Shown: in pieces, positions 1 through 11,914 of the stretch
How positions within the stretch are numbered: the stretch's first letter is position 1
Layout of the letters: every line of letters starts with the position of its first letter
Assembly: GCF_006345805.1 (NCBI RefSeq)
Contig: NC_043002.1
Location: forward strand, 88,908,001 to 88,972,000
DNA: 64,000 nucleotides
From: Octopus sinensis
Taxonomy: Eukaryota
Reading direction: 5' to 3'
Notes under the pieces: model-generated
What the model was told of the DNA's origin: nothing
What the model saw: the letters and a program-made list of their open reading frames with translations, nothing else
Databases searched by the model: none
Translations under genes and position numbers: made by a program

Positions 1-1926
1 TAAAGAATAAAGATCACTCTGAAATATGAAATACTACTGAGGTGGCACACACACTCTCAAATAAAAAAAATAATAATAATTGAAGTGAAGTAATCTTTCT
101 GAAATATTTGTCATTTTATGCAGCAGCTCTTAGTTTCGGGAAAAGATACTGAAGTAAAAAAAAAAAATATATTTAGAGAATACTTTGAAAATAGAATTTT
201 AAAAATGATGACAATGTGAACATATGGCAAGATTGAAAAGAAAAATTAAAAAATAAATCAACTTTGCTGCTTTATTTAATGTTATTTTATTAACACTTTG
301 AGGAAATTCATTTCTTCTTCAACATTTAAATTCATATGTGTTCTCAATAATCCACAACATTAGAACTGAGAGATCTATAAGAGCATAAGAGACAGAAGCT
401 TAGTTACAGAATACATTTTTTCACCTCAAAATGTATGGTACATTGTTTCATATTTGTTGATTTTGTTTTTTTTTGGGGGGGGGGGGGGCAGTGGATTTGT
501 TTTAAATATAAAGAAGTCATCAGAACATATACAAGAATTTTCTTTTTGGTATAACCTTGGTATGTTTTTGCGGGGAAGAACTACAAAATACAGTCTAATT
601 TTAAAAAATAAAACCTAACTCTTGCTAGTGACCAAATGCTCCATCTCACCACCCTGATATACCCCCAAATACATTTACACACAAGCATATATGTAATGCA
701 TGTATTCCTTCTGTTGTCCCAATCTCCATAGAGAGATGCCTTCTTCACTCATCCACTCAGAGAAAAAGAGAGCAAGGTGTGTTAATTTCAAAGAGGTATG
801 GATGTTATTAAAAGACAAATAAGGAAAGATAACAACTTGAAATGGGTAGTAGGAGTGGGTCACCAATTAGGGAGCTGCAACTACATCTAAGAATAATACT
901 GCAGGGTGTCAAACTTGTTGCATATATAGCTTGTACACCATATACAAAAAGCCCCTGGAAATAAATTGGCTATACAATCCCCTACCATACACATGCCAAT
1001 TTGGTATGTATATATATTATGTGTATGTGTGTATGTATGCATGTGTGTAAGCATGTGTGTACACCAAAAACTTTATTGCTGTTACCACTGGTGCTACATA
1101 CACTGTTACAGGACTTCATAATCATAACTGTTACAGTGCCACTGGTAAACCACACTATTACAGTGTACTAGCTTGCTTCAATAACTGAACAACAAATTCC
1201 TGAAATGACAGAAAGAAAGAGAGAGAGAAAAATGAGAATAAATTATGATGAAGATGTTGAAAAACATGGAAGAGTTTTCAACACAGAAAATATTTTTGAA
1301 ACAACTACAAAACAAATAATATTACAAAAGTAATAAATAAATAAATCTCAATTTTTCAAATGGATTTCAATTTCTGTTCAAATGAATACAGGAAATGGAA
1401 GAAAATAATTGTAAAAATATAAAATAAAATAAAAATGAAAAATCAACCCTTTTAACTCTTTTACTGCCATTTTCATAGAAACCATCCACACAATGACATT
1501 TTAACTATGTCATCAACATGTCGAAATAAATCAGTGATAAAATGCTCATCACCACCACCACCATCATCTGCACTAAGCAATATTACAATTCCAGAACTTC
1601 AGCAGAACAAAAGCATTTTCTCATATTTAACACACAGCAACGTTGTGATTTTTCAAAGTTAAACAGATGCGTTGATTTCAAAGATAAAAATTAGAATGCA
1701 TGTTTAACCCAATTAACTGCAAAATTAAATTTCATAGCAATAATAAATCTCTGAACGAGGTATAAACAGTAACTGCACGACAATGTGAGGTATACTTGCC
1801 ATCTCTAACTAAATTTCATAGTTATTCCAGTAATGATGTTAAATATCAACCAAAATATAAAATTGGTATTTTCTGCAAGTCATGTTGCCGCAATAAACTT
1901 GATACATCTCCAGGAGGAAGTGAGGG

Positions 1927-1996
1927 GGTACATTAGTGTAATGGTAGCACACTTATCGTGAATATAAAGGTGTGGGTTTGAGTCCCATGTGTACAG
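1927..1996 (+). pseudogene. Degenerate tRNA-like sequence not attached to a recognisable SINE body
   Basis: A box TAGTGTAATGG, B box GGTTTGAGTCC, 6/7 acceptor pairs, 5-bp T stem GTGGG/CCCAT, T6 at 2005-2010; anticodon arm irregular. Confidence 0.45.
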
Positions 1997-2077
1997 AAAA
2001 CCCGTTTTTTCTGTCAAGCTTATTATGCCACAATATTAGACTATTTTCATTAGTAAATACACAGTGATCACTTAAAA

Positions 2078-2310
2078 TAATAATAATAATAATGAAATTA
2101 TTGTATACAGTGCTCAGGTGCACCACAACTTGTCAAAAAGTGCGTATAAAGTATATGCAGTAATGTACAAATGTCTGGAAAGCAAACAGTGTACGAGTCA
2201 GATACATGCTTGCGTGTGTATTGAGGGGAGAAAATCAGGTGTAGTGTTGGCGAATCTCAGGAAGCATGGAAGTTTTGAAGGATGCAGTGCTCCAACAACT
2301 AACAACTTGT
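2078..2310 (-). mobile_element. Probable LINE/SINE 3' fragment with (ATT)n tail, unclassified
   Basis: GC-richer block ending on the minus strand in TTCATTATTATTATT; resembles a common octopus repeat tail (recollection). Confidence 0.4.
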
Positions 2311-2735
2311 AAGTTTTAAGCTTATAAAATATTACTATTATTATTATTTACAGAATTGCCACTTGTCACTGCTTCTCATATCATCATAGAAAACGCACAT
2401 GCTTGTTTGTTTTAAAAAAAAGTCTATCGAAAATAGTTTCAAGCATAACATTCCCTCAACAAAATATAGATTGGTACACAAAACTGCATTTTGCAGTTAA
2501 GGGTAATGAAATCTTAAATGACTATATCTGCTTTCGACAGTGAAAGGGTTAACTAATAACTATATTATTTTTAATAAGCACTACATTTCTTAGTGGTTCT
2601 GCAGGATATTTATTCGTCGGAAATATCTTCTGCGTATTTGTTACCCACTTCAAAATAAAATAGATAGAATGACAATATCAAATCTTTTACTAATTTGCCA
2701 TAAAAGAAATATCAATTGTTTGGATTTTTTTTTTT

Positions 2736-3012
2736 ATCTTTTACTTGTTTCAGTCATTAGACTGCAGCCATGTTGGAGCATTGCTTTGAAGGGTTCTTAT
2801 AGAACAATATTCAGACAGACATACACATGTGCATGCATACACACACACACACACTACAAGTTTGTGCAGTATCTGTCTACAAACTTTACTGACAATGCAT
2901 CAACCAGCTCAGGGCTATATTAGAAGACACCTGCTCAAAGTGCCATGGAGTGAGACTGAAACCAGAAACTACATAGTCAGGAAGCAAACTTCCTAATTAC
3001 GCAGCCAAGCCC
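2736..3012 (-). mobile_element. SINE family A, old diverged copy
   Basis: Tail TTTTACTTGTTTCAGTCATT and degenerate head homologous to the young A copies. Confidence 0.7.
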
Positions 3013-3113
3013 TGAGTGAAATATGTGCTAATGTGAAACTACTCACAAGTTGTGTTTCCTTTCAGTTTTCTTTATTCCTTTTAAAGCAGACATAGAACTC
3101 TTTCACAAATGTG

Positions 3114-3454
3114 TTACTCTTTTACTCGTTTCAGTCATTTGACTGTGGCCATGCTGGAGCACCGCCTTTAGTCGAACAAATCAACTTTGTAAGTCCAGTA
3201 CTTATTCTATCGGTCTCTTTTGCCGAACCGCTAAGTTACGGTGATGCAAACACACCAGCATTGGTTGTCAAGCGATGTTGGGGGTGCAAACACAGACACA
3301 CACACAGTTTCCGTCTACCAAATACACTCACAAGGCTTTGGTCAGCCCGAGGCTACAGTAGAAGACACTTGCTCAAGGTGCTACGCAATGGGACTGAACC
3401 CGGAACCATGTGGTTGGTAAGCAAGCTACTTACCACACAGCCACTCCTGCGCCT
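3114..3454 (-). mobile_element. SINE family A (tRNA head GGCGCAGGAGTGGCTGTGTGG), central microsatellite segment deleted
   Basis: Near-identical to 23572-23947, 44947-45365, 52879-53266, 59007-59450; A box TGGCTGTGTGG, B box GGTTCAGTCC, (GAGTAAAA)n tail. Confidence 0.9.
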
Positions 3455-3761
3455 ACTTGAACATTTCATTTAAAAAAAAAAAATAGTTTTGCTTCTAATC
3501 AAATATCTGTATAAACAATAAATATACTATGACGGGTATCAATAGAAGAGAATAGTTAATAGCTGAGCAGGTGGTTGTTTTAGAATTTCAACTGTCTAAT
3601 CTAGTGGCTTTCAAATGATGCATCAGTGTGCAACTGCTGCACAGCAGGGGAGGGTGGAATGTAGGTGCAGTGCCTTGGATTTTTAAAAATAGAATTTTAA
3701 GACTTGGAAGATCCATACAAATGCTTGAATGTCTTGGGAAATGTATTGTTCATAATTTTGT

Positions 3762-3912
3762 TGTGTGGTTATGAAGTTCACTTCCCAACCATGTGATTTC
3801 AAGTTCAATCCTACGGCATGGTAGTCTGGGCAAATGTCATCTACTACAGCTTCAGGTTGACCAAAGCCCTATGAAGTGGATTTGGTAGACAAACTATGTG
3901 GGAGCCTGTCGT
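3762..3912 (+). mobile_element. SINE family A, old 5' half
   Basis: TGTGTGGTTATGAAG...GACCAAAGCC...GGATTTGGTAGAC homologous to the A head and body. Confidence 0.7.
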
Positions 3913-3920
3913 GTTTTATA

Positions 3921-4281
3921 TACTCTTTACTCTTTTACTTGTTTCAGTCATTTGACTGTGGCCATGCTGGAGCACCACCTTTTTAGTCGAACGAATCGAC
4001 CCCAGGACTTATTCTTTGTAATCCCAGTACTTATTCTATCGGTCTTTTTTGCTGAACCTCTAAGTTACAGGAATGTAAACACACCAGCAGCAGTGGGGAC
4101 AGACACACATACATATATAAATACATATATATACAACGGGCTTCTTTCAGTTACCGTCTACCAAATCCACTCACAAGGCCTTGGTCGGCCTGAGACTATA
4201 GCAGAAGACACTTGCCCAAGGTGCCACACAGTGGGACTGAACCCAGAACCATGCGGTTCATAAGCAAGCTACTTACCACAC
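3921..4281 (-). mobile_element. SINE family A
   Basis: Full body and tail; abuts the opposite-orientation copy at 3762-3912. Confidence 0.9.
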
Positions 4282-4364
4282 ACATACACACAATGGGCTT
4301 CTTTCAGTTTTCATCTACGAAATCCATTCACAAGGCTTTGTTCATTGTATGTATGCACACATGT

Positions 4365-5003
4365 GAAGATATGCGGATTAGTGGTTAGGGTATTTGGCTC
4401 AATCATGTAAGGTCATGGGTTTGATACTCACATCACATTGTGTCCTTGAGCAAGACACTTTATTTCAGGTTTCTCCACTCCACTCAAATGGTAAAAATGA
4501 GTAGTGCCTGTATTTAAAAGGGCCAGCTTTGTCACATTCTGTGTCATACTGAATCTCCCTGAGAACGATATTACAGGTGTGTGCGTGTATGTTTGTGAAG
4601 TGCTTAACCAAAATGCAAATATATGGGAAACTACCACCTGTGTCATCTCTTGTGGAAGGTAGGAGAGTCCAGTTTGCTGGACATTGTTGTAGAGCTGAAA
4701 ACGAGGCAATTTCTACTCTTCTCCGCTGGAAGCCATCTACTCGCGATACCAGATGGCGCACACTCTCCTACCCTGATGTAATCTCCAGGGGGATACAGGC
4801 ATCAAGCAACAGGACCTCCGTAATGCTATGATGGACCATGAAGTCTGGCGTAGCATAGTAAATTCCACTGTCTCGACCATGGTCAAACAATGATGATGAT
4901 GATTGTGAAGTGCTCAGCCACATGCACATTAATTTCAAGAGCAAGCTGTTCTGTAGATCAGATCAACTGGAACCCTCGTTGTCATAACCAACAGAGTGCC
5001 AGT
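4365..5003 (+). mobile_element. SINE family D (tRNA head plus CORE-like GTGTCCTTGAGCAAGACACTT), interrupted by a LINE fragment
   Basis: Homologous to 6566-6860 (-); body resumes after the duplicated target TTGTGAAGTGCT. Confidence 0.75.
4605..4902 (+). mobile_element. 5'-truncated RTE-group (RTEX-like) LINE, ORF2 C-terminus, frameshifted
   Basis: QIYGKLPPVSSLVEGRRVQFAGHCCRAENE motif; (GAT)n tail; TSD TTGTGAAGTGCT at 4593-4604 and 4903-4914; close relative of 60382-60708. Confidence 0.88.
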
Positions 5004-5093
5004 TATATATATTATGCGTATGTGTATATATTGACATCATGTGATGGTTGTAAACAAGTGTCACCATTACACAAGCAATGTTGCCCATCACCA

Positions 5094-5490
5094 ATCATCA
5101 TCATTTAACATCCGTTTTCCATGCTAGCATGGGTTGGACGGTTCGACCGGGGTCTGGTAAGCCATGGAGGATGCACCAGGCTCTAGTCTGATTTGGCAGT
5201 GTTTCTACAGCTGGATGCCCTTCCTAACACCAACCACTCCATGAGTGTAGTGGGTGTTTTTTACATGCCACCGGCACAGGAGCCAGAGCAGGCTGGCAAA
5301 CGGCCACGATCGGTTGGTGCTTTTACACGTCACCGACACGAACGCCACGTTCAAACGGTGCTTTTTATGTGTCACCGGCATGGGTGTCTTAACTACAATT
5401 TCCATTTGAATTTTTATTTTGATGTTGACGAACCTGACTCAACAGGTCTCCTCAAGAACAGCAGGTCACTCTACGATCCAAGGTTAGCAC
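5094..5490 (-). mobile_element. SINE-like family B (tandem internal modules, RTE-like tail, (GAT)n)
   Basis: CCATGCTAGCATGG, GGATGCCCTTCCTAAC and three GTGCCACCGGCAC-type modules shared with other B copies. Confidence 0.85.
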
Positions 5491-6565
5491 AATCTTCTAA
5501 GAAAAACATGTCTGGCTGTAGAAAACCTGTTGCAAAGAATCCTGTCTGATTTATGCAAGCATGGAAAAGTGAGCTTTAAAACAATGATTTTGACAAGTGT
5601 GATTAATAGAACAAAGTAAGCAGTAGTGTTTTTTGCATAATTATTTTTTTCTAAATTATAAAACTATAAAATCTAAAACAACAAGTTTGTTGTAACTTTT
5701 CATGAGAAGTGCATCAGTAATTTTATTTAATCTCCAGTTTGTCACAAATAAACATAATGGAGAACTACTGATCAGATCGATCAACATTGAATCAATTAAT
5801 CAGCACACTCTGATCAATCAAGACCAAACCAAATGCTTGACTTTGATTTGAAATTTTGAAATATGTGAAACAAATACCACAACATAAATATCAAAGGAAA
5901 ATCCTAGTTCTGGAATTACTAAGTCACAGAAAAAAAATCAATGTGATTTTGGCACTTTTAGGAGTTGGGTCTTCAATTTCATGTGAAGAATCTTGAAAGC
6001 CTCAGGAGGAAGCAGTTATTTCTATTCTATTTACATTCAAGTAACAAATCTAAAGAATCAATCAAAGAGAATGTTTATTTTTTTCCCCTGGCTTTTGATA
6101 TACATTAGGTCACACTAACATTTTGGCTTATTGCTAACAGATCATTAAACAAACTTCTTGTATCATGGTTTTGTTTTAGATAAGAGCAACCTAGAATTGG
6201 CCTGTAACTCTAGCAATTATTCAGCTTACAGAAGAATTAATTAAAAAACAAAGAGAGAGCAATACAACAGAGTCAGATCATCATGTCAGGAAGAAAATGA
6301 ATTAAGCACTTCTAATAATGATTAATTACATAATGATGTTGAGATGCCAACAACAATGATGATTAACCCTTAACAATGCTTCCTGCCACAAAGTTTGATT
6401 ACCTCATTAGATCAATTAAGTTTTAAAATATGCTAGGTCTAAATAACCTACAGACAGCTGTGTGGTTAAGATCTTCTCTTTACAATCTTGTAGCTCAGGA
6501 TTTGATCCCACAGTACATAATAAGACAAGTGTCTTCCACTGTGGTCTGGCTCTATGTCAGTTAAG

Positions 6566-6860
6566 ACAGTGAGTGCTCCATTTCATTTGACACAACAGAA
6601 CAGCCTGCTCATGAAGTTAAGTGCAAGTAGCTGAGCACTCCAGATACATGTACCTTTAACATAGGAGATTCGGTGTGACATACCGAATGTGACATGGCTG
6701 ACCCTTTGACTTACAGGTACAATTCATTTTTGCCAGCTGAGTGGACTGGAACAAGGAGAAATACCATGTCTTTCTCAAAGGCACAATGTGCCACCAGGAA
6801 TCAAACTCATGACCCTATGATAGTGAACCAAATACACCAGCCATTAAGCTACATGCCTTC
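6566..6860 (-). mobile_element. SINE family D
   Basis: Reverse complement of the 4365-5003 body; CATTTTTGCCAGCTGAGTGGACTGG core. Confidence 0.75.
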
Positions 6861-6964
6861 CACCATGGCTTAGTGTCAGCCTGTGCCTTGTGAGTAGAAT
6901 TAGTAGGTAGAAACTATATCAAAATGTGCCTGTGTGTTCATATTTATATTTCATATTTATATTA

Positions 6965-7336
6965 AATCGAAATCGATCAACATCAATGGAAATTGTAGTT
7001 GTGATACCAGTGCTGGTGGCACGTAAGAGAACCATCTGAACGTGGCCGTTGCCAGCGCCACCCCGACTGGCCTCCGTGCCGGTGACACATAAAAAGCACC
7101 ATCTGATCGTGGCCGTTGCCAGCCTCGTCTGACACCTGTGTCGGTGGCACATAAAAAGCACCCACTACACTCACAGAGTGGTTGGCGTTAGGAAGGGCAT
7201 CCAGCTGTAGGAACACTGCCAGACCAGACTGGGCCTGGGCAGCCTTCTGGCTTCCCAGACCCCAGTTGAACCGTCCAACCCATGCTAGCATGGAAAGTGG
7301 ACGTTAAACGATGATGATGATGATGATGATGATGAT
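6965..7336 (+). mobile_element. SINE-like family B
   Basis: Three modules ending GTAAAAAGCACC-like, tail GGACGTTAAAC then (GAT)9 at 7310-7336. Confidence 0.9.
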
Positions 7337-7635
7337 TTCCTAAGTCTAATCCAGTACATCAAGTTACATCCCCTTTACTTCAAAAGAGTAACTTGTCAAT
7401 TCAGTGAATATTGATGAAATGAGAACTGGAGTTGATAACATCAACTATAAACCTTAGAGGTGGTGGCCATGCATGGCCACAGTCCAATGACTGAAATTAG
7501 TAAATTACAAGTACATTTCTTTCTACTATATAAATTCCACTGCCCCTTAACAGACCAGGCCCCAGTTTTATGTAATATACTGACTTTCTTTCCATTCCAT
7601 TTCCCCCAAACACTACAACTTACATCAATAATATA

Positions 7636-7867
7636 TATTTCTTTACTACCCACAAGGGGCTAAACATAGAGGGGACAAACGAGGACAGACAAAGGGATTA
7701 AGTCGATTATATCGACCCAGTGCGAAACTGGTACTTTATCTATCGACCCCAAGAGGATGAAAGGCAAAGTCGACCTCGGCGGAATTTGAACTCAGAACGT
7801 AACGACTGACGAAATACCGCTAAGCATCTCGCCCGGTGTGCTAACGTTTCTGCCAGCTCACCGCCTT
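7636..7867 (-). mobile_element. SINE family C, young full-length copy
   Basis: tRNA-like head with B box GAGTTCAAATTCC; TSD ACATCAATAATATA at 7622-7635 and 7868-7881. Confidence 0.93.
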
Positions 7868-8414
7868 ACATCAATAATATAAATTTAGTTCTGCTACAAG
7901 AGACTACTGAAAGAAAAAAACTTTTTACACATCAATTCAGTTTGGAGGTCTTTTAGCTAACTAAAACTCAACAGCTTTCTTACATTTTGCCAATTAACCA
8001 GCTTTCTCTGCAACTCATCTACATGTATAAGAAAACTAAAAGCATCATTAAAGAAGTTCTATTAATATGAGTTAAAACCAACTTTTTTTTTTGTTATGAA
8101 ACCATGCTTTCAAAACTGCCATCTCCAACAACGATTGACTATTGATTAGTGCAAACATGCACAATTATCCAATACTTATTAAATAGAAATCAATACTTGA
8201 ATACAACTTGAAATTTACAATCAAAGGATTAAAAACAAATTTTTTATTGGAAAAAAAATATATATTTTTCATCAGTACAATAAAATAAATATTGAACTCA
8301 GTACCAAGGCACTTAGTTCAATATTTCTTTTATTGTACTAAGGTACTTAAAGTGATGAGCATAATACTTTTAATTAGAATTATATCAATAATATACAGTT
8401 AACTTTATATTTAA

Positions 8415-8612
8415 CCCTTCTGGTAGACTGCCCCTGGTTCTATGATTCAAACTTCCTTTCTGAAGTGATCTTAGTTAAAACCTTTCATCAACATTTCATA
8501 ATGATTTATGCTCCAAACATCAGCTTAATAATGACTATTTTCCAAAATTTTTCATTACTTTCAAAATTAATTGTAACAAAGACAGTGTATTTCAACAAAA
8601 ATATGATAACAA
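8415..8612 (+). mobile_element. piggyBac-like MITE (family 2), old, right TIR lost
   Basis: TTAA|CCCTT start; body resembles the reverse complement of 22274-22497. Confidence 0.6.
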
Positions 8613-9021
8613 AAATTTTTTTTTAAATGATAACAGACTAGGTGAAAAGAATAAAAAAATATCTTAGTAATATTTTTTTAGATTTCATTTTCAGAATGAT
8701 GCCATCTTAGAACAAATTTCTAATATTTCTATATTTGCAAATTATTAATGGAGCAGATTATTAAGAAACTAACTCATACTTATCTCATCATTGAACATAC
8801 AAACTAGTAAATTAAATTAGGATAAAAGCTCAGTGTTTACACTTCATATAACCTGCAGTTGCCCTATTGAGTGCTAAGGAACGCTATAGAAATCATAGGC
8901 CAAGATGCCATCTGCACAGTTTGCAATTTTTTTCTAGTAGAATGACACTTTTGTGTAATTCTGGTTTCAAATAAAAAATATATTTTGTAGATTCTGGGTT
9001 AGATAAATGCCATAAAGACAA

Positions 9022-9052
<31 letters not shown>

Positions 9053-9094
9053 GGAGCTCAAACTATTTTAGAATTAAGCTTAGATTTTTACATT

Positions 9095-9310
9095 CTAATA
9101 TCCACTTTTCCATGCTTGCATGGGTTGGACAGGGTTTACTGAGGCAGATTTTCTATGACTGGCTGCTCTTCCTGTCACCACCCCTTATGTTTCCAAACAA
9201 GGTAATATTTTTCTATGACCAAATATGTTTTTGCAATATAGTACAAATGAATGACACTGTATGACAGTGGCAATCATTTACAACTACACACAATTTTCAA
9301 GACAATGAGA
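9095..9310 (-). mobile_element. Old B-related SINE (B2)
   Basis: CCATGCTTGCATGG tail hairpin and CAAGGTAATATTT body shared with 29275-29510, 38585-38790, 60810-61055. Confidence 0.65.
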
Positions 9311-9314
9311 AGCA

Positions 9315-9503
9315 AACACATGCACACACTCACACACACATATATATACAATAAGCTTCTTTCGGGTCACTGTCTACCAAATCCACTCACAAGGTTTTGG
9401 TCAGCCCAGAGCTATAGTGGAAAACACTTGCCTAAGGTACCACACAGTGGGACTGAACCCAGAACCATATGGTTGGGAAGTAATCTCCTTACTGCACTGC
9501 CAC
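9315..9503 (-). mobile_element. SINE family A, old 5' half
   Basis: GTCTACCAAATCCACTCACAAGG...GGGACTGAACCC. Confidence 0.75.
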
Positions 9504-10031
9504 ACGAAATATTTTGGTGGTCAAATATCTTACTTTTAATATTCTACTTTGACTGAATTAACTTTACATTTTTCTATTTTTGGTAGTTAAATATCTAACT
9601 TATAATATTCTACTCTGGTTGAATAAGCTTTACATTTTTTTTATTCTTAGTCTATTAAAAAGCTCTTTCTTTATCTTTCTTTAGTTGCCTATCCACTACC
9701 TTGCCATGATAGCTTCCAAGGAAGACACGCTTACATAGTTTCTGCATTGCTATCTCCAAATTTCTAGGAGAACAAATGAATGGTGTACTGGTCATCTTAT
9801 TCCATAAGGTTTTAATAATGTAAGTGAAATGAAATCAAAACAACCGAGTGTCAAAACTAGGACCTGAACTCAGCTTGCAAAATGAAAGTCCATCTCCACT
9901 CGACAGTAACCCAAAAGAGTGCTTTGGTTCAAGCTCAGTAAAGAAATAAAACAACAATTACAGTTCTCAAAAAAGTGAGTTATGTCCCCTTATGATACAC
10001 AGGGTAGTTCAGAAATCTTAATAGAACTTAA

Positions 10032-10431
10032 GGATCTTTTCGGTTTGAACAGCAGTTTTTTCTAGCGGTGTCATATGAAATTGTCACCCATAATTATGAC
10101 CCTATTGCATTTCAATCTGGGTTAGGGTTAGAGGTGGGGGGAAGGGTATCTTTTTTTATTCACAAATGTAAATAAACCCAATCTGTTTCTTAAACGAGGG
10201 ACATATTCATACGGCACAGAATGTTTTTTACCTCAATAGACGTATTTGATTGGTTGAAATTGCAGAAATTGAAGAAAAAAAACAACAACTATCTTACAAA
10301 CTATAGAATTTTCTCAATAAAGCCAAGAGAAAAAGATGTTTTATAAACACATTCTACCAGTATACGAAGTTTAACATTTTTTAGTTACCTAGATATTATG
10401 TTAAAAACTGCTGTTCAAACCGAAAAGATCC
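10032..10431. mobile_element. Non-autonomous DNA transposon, GG...CC termini and 8-bp TSD (Merlin/IS1016-like by inference)
   Basis: Perfect 29-bp TIR GGATCTTTTCGGTTTGAACAGCAGTTTTT; flanks GAACTTAA/AAACTTAA (7/8); second copy at 31546-31940. Confidence 0.85.
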
Positions 10432-11685
10432 AAACTTAAATATTATATTAAATTTTTATTGTGTTACAATTTTACTTTTGTATATTTTTGATATCCTCTA
10501 TACTATATATATATGTATTATAGTAAAATGTCATTATCGAAATATGAGAATGTCCATTGTCCTCAAAATGGTATAATATAACAGTAATGCTGTTAAAGTG
10601 CCCAACCATCTCTATAATTCAAATACCTCAGGGGTCCAGGCAACTAGCAGCATGTATAGCAGGAGAGCTGATGGGCTATTTTGGAGGGCCTGAGCCATGG
10701 CAGTTGATGGTGTCTGGGTGGGACAAAGAAATAATGAATGACATGAGGAGGAGGAGGGTCAAGACAATAGTTAGGAGGCAGAAGTGAAGAGGAGCTCAAC
10801 TGACCTTGGTTGTGTAACATTCATATAAACTGACCATGGACTAGCTAATATAGATGCTGAAAGACCCTTTAAATCAAATTGTATATTTACAGCTACATTA
10901 TTTGATCCAACAGTCATTTTTTAAATACATAGTATATAGCATAATAAATGGATCACAAACAAGTCACTTTCTTGGTCTAAGTTTGATCATTCACAAACCA
11001 TCATTGTAGCCACTCCCCACTAACATTATATAGGGAGGATAATAAACTAAACAGCTAGTCTAGTACAATCTTAAACTCTCTCTCTCTCTATCTATATATA
11101 TAAAATTGTATATATAATTCAAAGCTCCAACTTTGTCCCGTTATACTACACTAATTTGACTAAATAATTACATTGAGGTTACATGTATCCATGAAACACA
11201 CAACTTACTCAGCGATTTTATATGTTAATTTCACAGATAGGGATACAGGTGTCCAACCAACTGAATGTATATCATAAAGACCAATGATAAATTCACCAGC
11301 ATGACTGATTATTATTGGGTCATCTGGAAAGCTTGTGCCGATTTATAGTAGCTTACCTTTCGACTTATTTTAGAACATGGTTGAGTCCATAAAATAGGAT
11401 TTAACTACACCTTCATTTAGAGCACAGTTTGGCCTCGTGACTGGCACAAACTGATGGGATGGATCCAGTACCAGACAAGAATTCTAGGTTATTTTTCTTG
11501 TTCTTTTACTTAATTTTTGAGAGCATTCAAATTCATTTTTAGTATTCTCGTTTGTGAGAGCAGTTGAGTTTATTTCAGATATTCTCATTTTAAAAATCAT
11601 CTCTGGCTAATCATTGAGAGGATGTTGGTGTTGCCTTGGTGGAGGTTTGCACTCTCTGAGTGCTCTTGTTATTATTATTTTTATC

Positions 11686-11882
11686 AAAGTGGCAAGCTGG
11701 CAGAATCAAGCTGCTTAACGGCATTTCATCTGGTTTTATGCTCTGAGTTCAAATTCCACCGAAGGTCAACTTCGCATTTCATCTATTCAGGGTTGATAAA
11801 ATAAGTACCAGTTGAAAACTGAAGTCAAAGTAATCAACTTCCCCCAACTCTCAAAAAGTGCTGGTCTTTACCAAAATTAGAA

Positions 11883-11914
<32 letters not shown>

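Noticed and set aside
7290-7310. Similarity of the B tail GYGGACGTTAAAC to hatchet ribozyme, and of B modules to pistol ribozyme
   Set aside because: Only short motif resemblance; the required P2-P4 stems and catalytic residues are absent
10119-10131. Interstitial telomere
   Set aside because: Only two hexamers, and they are internal to a MITE present twice
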